Below are positions 15,435-24,357 of a stretch of DNA of 38,488 nucleotides, piece by piece (position 1 is the first letter of the stretch; each line of letters opens with the position of its first letter). The notes under the pieces are model-generated. The model searched no databases. It was not told where the DNA came from and was given only the letters and a program-made list of their open reading frames with translations. The stretch covers positions 1 through 38,488 of the forward strand of contig CALGGN010000197.1 in NCBI GenBank assembly GCA_937915915.1, in the 5' to 3' direction. This DNA is from an uncultured Selenomonas sp. Lineage in GTDB: Bacteria; Bacillota; Negativicutes; Selenomonadales; Selenomonadaceae. The translations under genes were made by a program, and so were the position numbers.

Positions 15435-18113
15435 ATGGGGTGGAGAAAGAGCGTGCTGACCGAGAGAAGATTTTCGCATGTGTGGAAGGAACATATCGAA
15501 AACGGGGCTGTGATTGTTGGCAGCCTTTGTGTTCTTGTGCTCTCCATCTATGCTGTCAAGGGTGTTTACCCTTTTGGCAGCGGTATCATCATATGGGGGG
15601 ATATGGCGCTGCAAGGCGTTCCATGGCTTTATCAGGCATATGATATCTTGACAGGCGCGATTTCTCCCGATTTCACATGGAGATTTTCCGGAGGCGTGGA
15701 GACTTCGTCGCTTCTTGTGAGCTTGTTCAACTTTCCGGTGATTTTCTCTGAACGGGAGAATATCTATCTTTTTGCCTCGGTGATACTTCTCTATAAAATG
15801 ATCTGCATGGGGCTTTCCATGTATTTTTTTTCGTGCCGGTTCGCGGTTCCGCGTGGCTATCGGATCTTGGCAGGCATTCTGTACGCTACATGCTCCTGTG
15901 TGCTGATTTACTATCAGATCGGCTATGTCATGCTGGACATTGCTATCCTGTTCCCTGTCCTGATGCGGGGATTTTACGCGCTGGTGGAGGATGGAAAGCC
16001 ATTTCTTTATGTTGGGATGCTGGCGCTCTGCATGAGCAGGAGCGTATATGTCACCTTTATGGTATGCATGTACCTGTTTCCCATGAGCCTGTTTTTCTTT
16101 TGGTTCCGCGTGGAGCGGACGGAGGTACCGGCTAAATGCAGGAATCTGGTGGTCGCGACGCTGCTCGCGCTGGGACTGAGCACTCTCTTCTGGCTGCCGG
16201 ATATGGCTGCCATCCTTGGCTCGAACCGTGCGGCGGCTGAAACCGTGGAGGGCAGTCTTTGGATGAAGTATCTTCATGCCATCCAGGATGAAAAACTCTA
16301 TTCTGGCTCTTCTGTGGGACTCAAGGCGTGCTTTTTGATGGGATGCTCACTTTCCCTGGCGGCGCTCCGAAACTCTTGGTCACGCATGACGGGAGGTCTG
16401 CGCTATCATAAAGCACAGTTTTTGTTCCTGCTGTGGGCGGTTTTTATTCCCGGGACAGAGGTTCTGTGGCATGGCGGCTCTCATGCGGTGTGGATCGTAC
16501 GCTTTGCATTCCTGATTTCCTTCGTTATGATCGAGATACTTTTGGTTCTCCGGCAGCATCGGCTGGTGGATTTTTCCGGAGAGTGTCTTCCGCTTTCCGC
16601 TGAACGAGGGAAGGAACTGCCGGCTTTTCTTTGCCTGCTTTCCATCAGTGTGCTGGCGTTTTGGCTTTGCCGGACCGCGGAGGAATCCTGGGGAGCGCTG
16701 TTCGTTAACACCTTGGTCTGTCTTCTGCTTTGGTACCTGTTTTATCATCTTGTGTTGCAAAAGGCATTCCCGCGGCGGAAACTGCTTCTCGTTGCGGCGC
16801 TTGCCGTGGAGGCTGCCGTCAATGGCCTGACCTGGATTGCGCCGAATTTTTGTCCTTCCTTTCATGCGAACCAATACATTTTCCCTGCGGTGAAGCTGTC
16901 ACGGGAAATTGATTCTCGCCCCATCTCGCCGCTGGAGCGTACAAGGGATATCTACAGCAGTTTTCACTCGAATTACGCATCCATCACGGGGACGAATTCC
17001 ATCGGGAATTTTTTGGGCAGCATTCCCCCCCGCTTGCAGCAGCAATATGCGGATCTTGGATATGGCACGGTATGGGTCCGCATCACGGATTGCGGAGGGA
17101 CGCTCTTTTCCGATGCGCTGCTCCATGTGACTTCGGTTTTTACCGAGAAAGAGAGAATGGATCCGGAGTTTTACCAAGAGATTCCTTCGATTCAGGCCAT
17201 GCAGTGGTATCAGTGCCGATATCTCTTTCCCATTGGCATTGAGATTCAGCAGGATGCTGCACCAAATTCCCATGTGTTCGACTTCCAGAATCGTATCTTC
17301 CAATCTGTGACCGGTCTGCGGGAAGATTTGATGCAGGAGGTTCCCGTCCGGTTGCAATCGAGCGGGCAAAATGAGCAGAGCATGGACATCGAGATTTTCG
17401 GCAGGAAAAGGCTGTATTTTTACGGCGACTTTACCTACTATGAGGATGCAAAAATCATAGAAGGGATTTATCTCAACGGGGAATTGCGCCAGATTCCCGA
17501 CCGTGCGGATGTCCAGGGAACTTCCTATCCCAGCGAGGACAATAACCGTGTGCTGGATTTTGGCACGTTTGAGAATGAGACGGTCCATTTGAAAATCAAA
17601 TGGCTGGAGCAGCAGGACGCATCCAAGCTGCATATCGGCCTGATGGATCTGGGTAGACTGTCGGAGGCTGCCGATATTCTGTCAAAGAGGGATGCCGCAT
17701 CGGATATCGCGGTGGGAAAGGATTCCTTGTCCCTGAGGTATCGGTCGGAGCACGGCGGATTGCTTTTCTTGCCGATGAACTTTTATGATGCATGGACATG
17801 CGAAGTCAATGGTCACCCTGTGAAACTGCAGTCGGTGTTCGGAGGTTTTGTCGGTGTGCCGATGGACGAGGGAGAAAATGAGATCCGCTTGCAATATGAC
17901 CGTGGATATCCAAGCATTGCGTGGTGTCTGACAGGGTTCAGCCTTCTTTTGGGCGCGATTTTGGTGCGGCTTTTTCGGCGCGGCAGGACAGCGCAATCAT
18001 GCCGCTTGCTGGATATCCCCGTGACTGCATGTTATGGGATGCTGGCGCTGATGCTCTTTGTCTCCGTGTACCTTGTGCCTGCGCTGATGCTGGTGAAGGT
18101 TGTCCTTGGCTGA
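15435..18113 (+). CDS. YfhO-family polytopic membrane glycosyltransferase (GT-C type), copy 1
   Basis: About 890 aa. VYPFGSGIIIWGDMALQGVPWLY near the N terminus, more than 10 TM helices, a large extracytoplasmic C-terminal domain and a final TM. This is the YfhO architecture. The start is uncertain (track 15357, ATG 15435). Confidence 0.8.
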   Translation: MGWRKSVLTERRFSHVWKEHIENGAVIVGSLCVLVLSIYAVKGVYPFGSGIIIWGDMALQGVPWLYQAYDILTGAISPDFTWRFSGGVETSSLLVSLFNFPVIFSERENIYLFASVILLYKMICMGLSMYFFSCRFAVPRGYRILAGILYATCSCVLIYYQIGYVMLDIAILFPVLMRGFYALVEDGKPFLYVGMLALCMSRSVYVTFMVCMYLFPMSLFFFWFRVERTEVPAKCRNLVVATLLALGLSTLFWLPDMAAILGSNRAAAETVEGSLWMKYLHAIQDEKLYSGSSVGLKACFLMGCSLSLAALRNSWSRMTGGLRYHKAQFLFLLWAVFIPGTEVLWHGGSHAVWIVRFAFLISFVMIEILLVLRQHRLVDFSGECLPLSAERGKELPAFLCLLSISVLAFWLCRTAEESWGALFVNTLVCLLLWYLFYHLVLQKAFPRRKLLLVAALAVEAAVNGLTWIAPNFCPSFHANQYIFPAVKLSREIDSRPISPLERTRDIYSSFHSNYASITGTNSIGNFLGSIPPRLQQQYADLGYGTVWVRITDCGGTLFSDALLHVTSVFTEKERMDPEFYQEIPSIQAMQWYQCRYLFPIGIEIQQDAAPNSHVFDFQNRIFQSVTGLREDLMQEVPVRLQSSGQNEQSMDIEIFGRKRLYFYGDFTYYEDAKIIEGIYLNGELRQIPDRADVQGTSYPSEDNNRVLDFGTFENETVHLKIKWLEQQDASKLHIGLMDLGRLSEAADILSKRDAASDIAVGKDSLSLRYRSEHGGLLFLPMNFYDAWTCEVNGHPVKLQSVFGGFVGVPMDEGENEIRLQYDRGYPSIAWCLTGFSLLLGAILVRLFRRGRTAQSCRLLDIPVTACYGMLALMLFVSVYLVPALMLVKVVLG

Positions 18114-18188
18114 AATCGGGTGTTATGATGCAGGCAGATGGCCGCATATCGGACAATGATTGTATAGGTGAGCGAGGCGGGACACCAG

Positions 18189-20888
18189 ATGGAAACCTAT
18201 GTGCGTCAGGGGAAAAAATATGCGACGGATGTCTTAATCATCGTCGGGATTCTTTGCGTCCTTGTGCTGACGATTTATGCAGGAAAGGGAATCTATCCCT
18301 TTGGCAGCCGCATGATGATGTGGGGGGATCTGACCCAGCAAGGCATACCGTGGCTTTACGATGCGTACGATGTGTTCACCGGCGCGGCAGATTCCGGTTT
18401 TACATGGAGATATTCGGGCGGACTGGAGGGAAATGCATCATGGATTGCCAATCTCTTTGACTTTCCGGTGATCTTCTCGGAGCGTGCGAATCTTTATCAA
18501 TTTTTTTCTGTGCTGCTCCTGTTCAAGATGTGCTGCATGGGCGTTGCGATGTACCTTTTTGCTTGCAGGTATGATGTCCATCGTGGACTTAAGATCCTGA
18601 CGGGAGTTCTCTACGGGATGTGCTCCTGTGTGCTGGTCCACTATCAAATCGGATATGTGATGCTGGACATGGCCATCCTGTTTCCCGTTCTGATGGTCGG
18701 ATTTTATCTGCTGATGGAGAAGGATCAGCCTTTTCTTTACCTTGTTATGCTCGCATTTTGTATCTATAAGAATACCTATGTGAGCTTCATGATCTGCATG
18801 TATCTCTTTCCCCTTGGACTGTTTTATCTTCTCTTTTGCGCTGAAAGGAAGGAAGCTGCACGAAAGTGCAGAAATCTGGTCATTTCCTCCTTGCTGGCCA
18901 TCGGATGTTCTTCTCCGTCCTGGTTTTCCATGATCTCTTCCCTGGGAGACTCCAATCGGCTTGCCATGTCCGGCGGGGGAAGTCCTTCGGGACTGTTCTC
19001 CATGTATTGGAATGTGATCGCAGGAGAAAATGGAGGATTCCACGTACCCGATTTTCTCATGGTCTCCTGTCTGCTGATGGGACATGGGTGGATGTTTTCC
19101 TCTGTTTTTTTATCATGGAAGAAAATGACAGGGGTATTGCGCTATCATAAAGCACAGTTGATTCTTCTGCTCTGTGCCATGTTCCTTCCGGGGACGGAAC
19201 TGCTTTGGCACGGCGGCTCTCATTTCATGTGGCCGGTTCGGTTTGCTTTTATTGTCACATTTGCGTTGCTGGAAATCTGCCTGGTGCTGCGGCAGCAGGG
19301 CATCCTTTGCGTCGCTGGATGTGCCGGACAGAAATTTTTCGTATCCTCCGATGGCAGGGGCCTGTTTTCAGCGGTTTTCTTTCTGGCCGTTGCAACGGTC
19401 TTTCACATTTGGCTCAGTCTTCGCTTTACGGATGATTGGATCTCTTTGCTTGCCGTTTCCACTTTTTGCTTTCTCCTTTGGACGGTGTTCTACCAATACG
19501 CTTTGCACTATTCGTTTCCTCGGAGAAATGTCTTGATTTTGGCTGCTCTGGTGATGGAGCTTGGGTGCAATGGATGGAACTGGCTGGCGCCTGATTTTGT
19601 CAAGATGTCGTCGTCCCCTTTGCAGGTGACACCCGACTGGAACACGCAGGAATATAACCGGTATTTTCTGACAACCGAGGCGCTTTTTCGGGAAATCAGC
19701 CATCAGGGGAAGAGCCCCCTGGATCGTACGCGGGATGTGTTCCACAGCTTCAACAGCAATTATGCTGCCATGACAGGCACCTGTTCCATCTCCAATTATC
19801 GGGGCAATATTCCTTCCCGTATTCAGGATCAATATGCTGCTCTTGGGTACGGAACCGAAGGGGTAAGGGTATTGGATTCAGGCGGGACGCTGTTTTCGGA
19901 TGCCCTGCTTCATGTGACGTCGGTTTTTACAACGGAACAGGAGTTGAGCAGGGAGTTTTATCAGGAAGATCCGTCTGTGTCAGCTGTCCATTGGTATCAT
20001 TGCCGCTATGAGCTTCCCGTGGGGATAGAGATCCGGCAGGATGCTTTGCCGAGCAAGGAAGTATTTGCCTACCAGAATCATGTGTTTCACGCCATCACGG
20101 GTCGGGGAGATGATTTGATCGAGATCTGCCAAAGCGGCTTGGATAGGGAAAGAATCGAGATTCCTGTCCGTGGGAGGAAGGAACTGTACTTTTATGGGGA
20201 TTTTGTATACCATGGCGATAGGTCTGCGGAAATCGGAGAAATCCGTGTCAATGGGAACATCTTTCATATCCCGAATCTGACTGAAATGCGGAATACGGCA
20301 TACCCTGCGGAGTTCAATAGCCGCTTGCTGGATTTGGGAACATTTGAGGATGAAATTGTCGTTCTGGAACTGGAAAAGAACAAGGAGGTTGACGCTTCCA
20401 AGCTGCATGTCGGCTTGCTGGATTTGGGCAAAATGTCAGAGGCGTTCCGTAGGATAAGGGAGAAGAATCATGTTTCGGAGGCAGAAATAGGACCATTGTC
20501 GTTGTCGCTGCATCAAGAGTCAGAACGTGGGGGAATTCTTTTCTTGCCTGTGAATTTTTATCCTGCTTGGAAGTGCGAAGTCAACGGGCAGCCCGTGGCG
20601 TTGGAATCTGTGTTCGGCGGGTTCGTGGGAATTCCCGTCAGTCAGGGGCGCAATGAGATCCGGATGGAATACAGAAAGGAATTGCCGCGAGGTGTTCTCG
20701 TCTTGGTATGGGGCAGCGCTCTCCTGTCTGCGATGTGGCTTTTATTCCAGCTTCGGGGAATAGGCAAGCTCTCATATGGTGTCCCAGATATTTTGATTAC
20801 GGCTGTCTATGCCGGAACTGCTTTCCTGCTGCTGCTGGCAGCCTACCTTGTTCCTGCCTTGTCCTTGGCAGTCCGTATCCTGTTTTGA
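18189..20888 (+). CDS. YfhO-family polytopic membrane glycosyltransferase (GT-C type), copy 2
   Basis: Collinear paralog of the preceding gene, with long identical runs such as FPVIFSER, HYQIGYVMLDMAILFPVLM, LRYHKAQ, GGTLFSDALLHVTSVFT and LQSVFGGFVG. The start is GTG 18168 or ATG 18189. Confidence 0.8.
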   Translation: METYVRQGKKYATDVLIIVGILCVLVLTIYAGKGIYPFGSRMMMWGDLTQQGIPWLYDAYDVFTGAADSGFTWRYSGGLEGNASWIANLFDFPVIFSERANLYQFFSVLLLFKMCCMGVAMYLFACRYDVHRGLKILTGVLYGMCSCVLVHYQIGYVMLDMAILFPVLMVGFYLLMEKDQPFLYLVMLAFCIYKNTYVSFMICMYLFPLGLFYLLFCAERKEAARKCRNLVISSLLAIGCSSPSWFSMISSLGDSNRLAMSGGGSPSGLFSMYWNVIAGENGGFHVPDFLMVSCLLMGHGWMFSSVFLSWKKMTGVLRYHKAQLILLLCAMFLPGTELLWHGGSHFMWPVRFAFIVTFALLEICLVLRQQGILCVAGCAGQKFFVSSDGRGLFSAVFFLAVATVFHIWLSLRFTDDWISLLAVSTFCFLLWTVFYQYALHYSFPRRNVLILAALVMELGCNGWNWLAPDFVKMSSSPLQVTPDWNTQEYNRYFLTTEALFREISHQGKSPLDRTRDVFHSFNSNYAAMTGTCSISNYRGNIPSRIQDQYAALGYGTEGVRVLDSGGTLFSDALLHVTSVFTTEQELSREFYQEDPSVSAVHWYHCRYELPVGIEIRQDALPSKEVFAYQNHVFHAITGRGDDLIEICQSGLDRERIEIPVRGRKELYFYGDFVYHGDRSAEIGEIRVNGNIFHIPNLTEMRNTAYPAEFNSRLLDLGTFEDEIVVLELEKNKEVDASKLHVGLLDLGKMSEAFRRIREKNHVSEAEIGPLSLSLHQESERGGILFLPVNFYPAWKCEVNGQPVALESVFGGFVGIPVSQGRNEIRMEYRKELPRGVLVLVWGSALLSAMWLLFQLRGIGKLSYGVPDILITAVYAGTAFLLLLAAYLVPALSLAVRILF

Positions 20889-20918
20889 GTTCATGCAAAA
20901 GGAGTTTAGGAGCTGTTC

Positions 20919-22328
20919 ATGTTTACACTTGATTTCAAGCGGAATGCAAGGGCCTATCTTGTCCTGTGCATGATTTTTTCCTGCGTTTTTCTGCTGAACT
21001 GTCTCACTCCCCTGTCCTATGGGGATGATTATGTCTACTGCTTTATTTGGGACGGGAGCAGCGGGTGGAATATCTATGAGCCGCTTCCGGAGGATGCAAG
21101 GCGTGTGGAGGGCATTGCAGATTTGGTGCAATCGGTCAGCTCTTATTATATGCATTGGGGAGGCAGACTGGTCGGTACGGCTCTTTCGCAGTTCTTCGCG
21201 TGGCAGGGGAAAGAGCTGTTCAATTTCTGCAATTCCGTGATATTTTTGGTTTTGATCTTGGAAATCCACGCTCTGAGCACGGGCGGGAAGATGGTCTCGG
21301 GTCTGAAGGCATTCCGCTTGCTCTGGATTTTTTTTGCGTTGTGGAGCTTTGTGCTTGGAATCAATGGGGTCATGCTCTGGGAGATTGGGGCATGCTACTA
21401 TTTTTGGACCATGGTCCTCGTTCTGGCCTTTCTGATTCCCTATCTCAGACAGTTTCGCTCGGAGACGGAAACAGGATCCGACAGCATGCGGCAAATACTG
21501 GGAATGGGATTTCTTGGTCTTTTGGCGGGAAACACGAACGAAAACACCATCTGCTGGCTGATTTTGCTGCTGGGATACGATTGCCTCCTGTCTCGCAGGG
21601 AGAAAAGACTGCAAGGCTGGATGGTTTCCGGTCTCGTGGGACTGGCTCTGGGCTATCTGGCGCTGCTCTTTTCTCCTGGAACCATTGGGCGCATGCTCTT
21701 GGATGTGCAGACGCTCGGTACACAGAGTTTCTCAGGAAAATTTTTGATTTTGGCGGCAGGCTTTCTGTTTCAGTTCCTGCTTTGGCATTTTGTCCTTCGG
21801 GGATGGAGGGCAAGGAGCAGTTTCGGGACAGGGGCATGGGCAAGAAAAACCATGCAGCTCATACGCATCGAATGCATGCTGAGTTTCGGGATGCTGTGGA
21901 TCATGCTGCTGTCCCCGGAACTGCCGCTTCGTTCGATGTTTCCGTCCACGGTGTTCCTGATTGTGGCCGCTGCGACCATGATGGAGCTGATGCAGCGGAC
22001 AGGGAAGCATTGGGCAGGGGGCAGGCTCAGAAGGTTTTTACATCGATTGGGCGCAGGATACATGATTTTTACCTTGGCTGTGACGCTCTGGAGCTTCTAT
22101 GGAGCAACGCAATATGCCCGTGAAGTGGACAACTTGGCAGAGCAGCACGCACGATCAGGCTCGCAGGAGATATTGGAGATTCCTTGGCACGAGGAAAGCA
22201 GGATGCAGCTTGTGCTCAGCGGCATCCACAATACGCCTCCCCCTTTGCTGACCGATGAAAAGCATTGGAAGAATGCAGCATATGCGAGATATTGGGGAAT
22301 CAAGGGCATTCGCATGAGGGAGAAGTGA
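20919..22328 (+). CDS. Polytopic membrane protein, DUF6056-like probable GT-C-type glycosyltransferase
   Basis: 469 aa and multi-TM. An acidic GDDYVY motif sits directly after TM1. Paralog of the partial gene at 1..1515. AGGAG lies 6 nt upstream. Confidence 0.6.
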   Translation: MFTLDFKRNARAYLVLCMIFSCVFLLNCLTPLSYGDDYVYCFIWDGSSGWNIYEPLPEDARRVEGIADLVQSVSSYYMHWGGRLVGTALSQFFAWQGKELFNFCNSVIFLVLILEIHALSTGGKMVSGLKAFRLLWIFFALWSFVLGINGVMLWEIGACYYFWTMVLVLAFLIPYLRQFRSETETGSDSMRQILGMGFLGLLAGNTNENTICWLILLLGYDCLLSRREKRLQGWMVSGLVGLALGYLALLFSPGTIGRMLLDVQTLGTQSFSGKFLILAAGFLFQFLLWHFVLRGWRARSSFGTGAWARKTMQLIRIECMLSFGMLWIMLLSPELPLRSMFPSTVFLIVAAATMMELMQRTGKHWAGGRLRRFLHRLGAGYMIFTLAVTLWSFYGATQYAREVDNLAEQHARSGSQEILEIPWHEESRMQLVLSGIHNTPPPLLTDEKHWKNAAYARYWGIKGIRMREK

Positions 22329-22330
22329 CT

Positions 22331-23014
22331 TTATAAGGAAGCCTTTTGCCATAGGATGGACAGCAGGATGGCGCTTCCTGCAAAATATGGGCCGTAGGCA
22401 AGGAAGTCCCTGCGCTTCTTTTTGCCCGTCAGAAGCAGAAGCAGGGCGGCAAGGCCGCCGAGGAAGAAACCAAGAAGTATGACAGCGAGGAGTTTGTGAG
22501 TCCCCAACCATAGTCCCAAAACGAAAATGAGCTTGATGTCTCCGCCGCCGATGCCGCCTCCGGTGAGAATGGCAAGCAGGAGGAATGCGATGCCGCCTGC
22601 GAAAGCCGCCATCAGGTGATTTCCCGCAGGCAGCGGCAGCAGCGGGAAAAAGGGAAGGGCGAGCAGGGCAAAGGGGAGGAGCATGGCATCGTAGATGACA
22701 TGCTGCTCGAAATCCGTGCAGACCGTAAGCAGCAGAAAGGAAATGAGCAGAAGGTAGTAGACGAGAAGTGGGAGAGGCAGGGGAAGAAACGGGAGCATAC
22801 AAAGCCAGAGAAAGATAGAAAGAAAAGGTTTGCGAAAACGCTTTCTATTTTCTGTCTCCGCAGGATAGCTGAGCGTATCCGGTTCGTTTCGGTAACGTGC
22901 ATCCATCCATTCAGAAAAAAAATGAGAAATGATGCAGGAGAGAAGGAAAAAGACAAGATATGTCGAAATAGAGACAGTACTCAGAGGAACACAAGGGAGA
23001 ATCGGATCGTGCAT
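22331..23014 (-). CDS. cpaA: Type IV prepilin peptidase, A24 family (CpaA/TadV type)
   Basis: CTDFEQHVIYD (first catalytic Asp region) and GGGIGGGDIKL (GxGDxK second Asp motif). Polytopic. AAGGAG lies 8 nt upstream. Confidence 0.85.
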   Translation of the reverse strand: MHDPILPCVPLSTVSISTYLVFFLLSCIISHFFSEWMDARYRNEPDTLSYPAETENRKRFRKPFLSIFLWLCMLPFLPLPLPLLVYYLLLISFLLLTVCTDFEQHVIYDAMLLPFALLALPFFPLLPLPAGNHLMAAFAGGIAFLLLAILTGGGIGGGDIKLIFVLGLWLGTHKLLAVILLGFFLGGLAALLLLLTGKKKRRDFLAYGPYFAGSAILLSILWQKASL

Positions 23015-23209
23015 TTGGATGGCTCCTTATTTTTCATTTTGTCGGGTTCTTTGGGCAGATTGTCCCAAATAATTTTGAAAGAAACGAGAATAGTACTATT
23101 CCCAATAGATAAAAGATATGGTATCCTAAGTTTAGGACTATAGTTTTATCTTTAAAGGACGTTGGAACTGCCCCGTTCTTCGGATTGGGAATATTTTCTG
23201 AAAAAAACA

Positions 23210-23238
23210 TGGAAAACAGTAAGAGAGTATGATATGAT
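23210..23238 (+). promoter_or_regulatory. Candidate tad operon promoter TGGAAA-N17-TATGAT
   Basis: Motif match with counted 17-nt spacing in the divergent cpaA/cpaB intergenic region. It would give a leader of roughly 100 nt. Confidence 0.3.
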
Positions 23239-23346
23239 GAAGGAACATATCAACAGACATTATAGCATAACGATCTTAAAACGTCCTGATGGAATTGCAT
23301 CATAACATCGGGATGATTCATCTCTAAAGGGAGCGGGGGAAGAGAA

Positions 23347-24357
23347 ATGGCAGCGAAAGGAAAGCTGGCACAGAAACTCAAGGCCATCTCGGAGAAGGTG
23401 ACCTATCGGCAGCTTTTGATCCTGGCAGGTGTGGTGAGCTGTTTGCTGGGGGTTTTTGTCTTTATGCTCATGCCGGGCAGCAGCAAGAAGAACGAGACAC
23501 CTGCGCCGCCGCCTGTGTCCACGACAAAGGTGGTAGTTGCAAAGCAGGATATCCCGCAGAGGGCGATCATCAATAATACCATGCTGAAGGTCGTGGATGT
23601 GCCGGATGATCTGGTGCCGGCAGGAGCCTTGAAGGATATGAGCGAGGCGCTGAATCTTCCCGCCAGCGTGATGATCCAGCAAGGGGATGTGCTGACGGAC
23701 AAGAAGGTATATAAGGACATCAAGATGGCAGGCTTCCCGGGCATGATTCCACCGGACTGCCGCGCGATCTCCGTTCCGATTTCGGATGTGACGGGCATTG
23801 CGGGCTTTGCAAAGCCGGGCGACTATGTGGATGTCATGATCGTTAACGGGCAGCGCAGCCAGAACCGCATCGAGGGCGAGATCCTCATGCAGAATGTCCT
23901 GTTGCTGGGCGTCAACAAGAGTGCGAATCCTCCCTCCAATCAGGCGGCAGCTCCTCCGGAAGGCGAAGGGAAGGACAAGAAGGACGACAAAAAGAAGGAT
24001 AATAACAATAATAACGGCAACGTGCAGGCCTCCGGGGAGGCAATGGCCACCGCGACGCTTGCGCTGACACCTGAGGAGGCTTTGAAGCTGGCAGTCGCAA
24101 TGGAGCAGGGGAAGATTTATCTGGTGCTCCGTCCTGTGAAGCCAAAGGACATGTTTGTACTGGATACGGATTATTTCCAAGTGAAAGAGAGAGAACGCAC
24201 GGAACAGCCGGCATCGCAGGCGCCGCAGACCGTGGTGATTAATCCGAATGCTTCCGCATCGGCTCCTGCTTCTCCGTCGGCGGCTCCTGCCCCGGCAGCG
24301 CATACCATTGAGGTATATCGGGGAACGGATGCGTCGACAGTGGGGGTGGATAACTGA
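23347..24357 (+). CDS. cpaB: Flp pilus assembly protein CpaB/RcpC
   Basis: N-terminal TM anchor, a SAF-like segment (VVVAKQDIPQRAIINNTML) and an RcpC-like segment (RAISVPISDVTGIAGFAKPGDYVDVM). Contains a low-complexity linker KDKKDDKKKDNNNNNGN. Confidence 0.85.
   Translation: MAAKGKLAQKLKAISEKVTYRQLLILAGVVSCLLGVFVFMLMPGSSKKNETPAPPPVSTTKVVVAKQDIPQRAIINNTMLKVVDVPDDLVPAGALKDMSEALNLPASVMIQQGDVLTDKKVYKDIKMAGFPGMIPPDCRAISVPISDVTGIAGFAKPGDYVDVMIVNGQRSQNRIEGEILMQNVLLLGVNKSANPPSNQAAAPPEGEGKDKKDDKKKDNNNNNGNVQASGEAMATATLALTPEEALKLAVAMEQGKIYLVLRPVKPKDMFVLDTDYFQVKERERTEQPASQAPQTVVINPNASASAPASPSAAPAPAAHTIEVYRGTDASTVGVDN

Noticed and set aside
15414-16277. 287-aa minus-strand ORF, with similar ORFs at 16899..17633, 18438..19085, 19368..19832, 20772..21614 and 6062..6886
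   Set aside because: All lie antisense to strongly supported YfhO, DUF6056-like or WecE genes. They have no RBS and no recognisable domains, and show biased R/H/Q/P composition.
22329-22330. Convergent DUF6056-like and cpaA genes end only 2 bp apart, with no terminator hairpin between them
   Set aside because: This is a real observation, but compact convergent ends are common and no further structure was found. It is not informative by itself.
23015-23346. Search for a c-di-GMP riboswitch or other structured leader in the cpaA/cpaB divergent region, plus the 14-bp palindrome TCCTAA-GT-TTAGGA at 23124..23137
   Set aside because: No GEMM-like conserved segments were recognised. The 6-bp-arm palindrome is short enough to occur by chance in 330 bp of AT-rich intergenic DNA. 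It is kept only as a possible operator to test if tad regulation is studied.
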